From: Haliotis cracherodii
Taxonomy: Eukaryota
Direction: 5' to 3'
Length of the DNA: 64,000 bases
Assembly (NCBI RefSeq): GCF_022045235.1
Contig: NW_027266343.1
Coordinates: 43,400,001 to 43,464,000 of the forward strand
The notes beneath the pieces were generated by a model. It did no database searches. It was given only the letters and a program-made list of their open reading frames with translations, and was not told the origin of the DNA. Shown one piece after another: positions 63,595 through 64,000 of this stretch. Position numbers and translations under genes: made by a program. Position 1 is the first letter of the stretch. Every line of letters starts with the position of its first letter.

Positions 63595-63775
63595 CCTATG
63601 TCGTCTGAGGAGCCGCAATTCGCTGTGCAGAGTTGCGTCCCTTGGGCACCCCAGAAATGATTGTGGGTTCGAATCCCGGTTCGCCCAACATCTAAGACCT
63701 GCATCACTTCGATGTCCTCCCACATTAAGCTGACACGCCGTGATATAACTGGAATACTGTTCAAAGCAGCGTTAG
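63595..63775 (+). mobile_element. SINE family B with internal deletion, followed by a degenerate family C remnant
   Basis: Consensus match. Confidence 0.85.
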
Positions 63776-64000
63776 AGTCGATCAAGTAGAAAGGATGCAC
63801 AAGCCCGCTGATTTCGAGTCTTCGTGCCCCGATGGCGTGGATTGCCCTCATGCTTTTAGTCACTGGTTCGCCGGGTCCAAACTCAATTATTGACATGCCG
63901 CTGTTATATAGCTGAAATGTTGCAGATTGCGGCATTACACCAACATTCAATCACTTATTCCCATATTGAAACACCTGTTTGATCTTGTTTTCTGATATTC

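Overview
This is repeat-dense eukaryotic (animal) genomic DNA. The SINE types and (ACTC)n tails suggest a mollusc, possibly a gastropod such as abalone; this is inference only. I can support no intact protein-coding gene: the listed ORFs come from tandem repeats, SINEs or transposon fossils. The window holds four short retroposon families (my labels A-D, about 60 copies or fragments) that all end in the same 3' hairpin. A has a short tRNA-derived head. B has a tRNA-Leu-like head with a long A-box to B-box spacer and a V-domain-like body. D has a tRNA head and a Meta-domain-like body. C has no tRNA head and begins with a compact, potentially pseudoknotted RNA element. Also present are a decayed Tc1 transposase, a truncated mariner, several MITE families, Penelope-like end remnants with a decayed hammerhead, and minisatellite arrays with units of 21, 23, 25, 36, 48-49, 50 and 84-98 bp. 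The strongest leads are the structured family C head (candidate ribozyme or other functional RNA), the covarying tail shared by four families with head/body chimeras, and a satellite built from a MITE terminus. A speculative two-exon secreted-peptide model and several CTCF/ETS/YY1 motif clusters are also noted. Coordinates were read by eye and may be off by a few bases.
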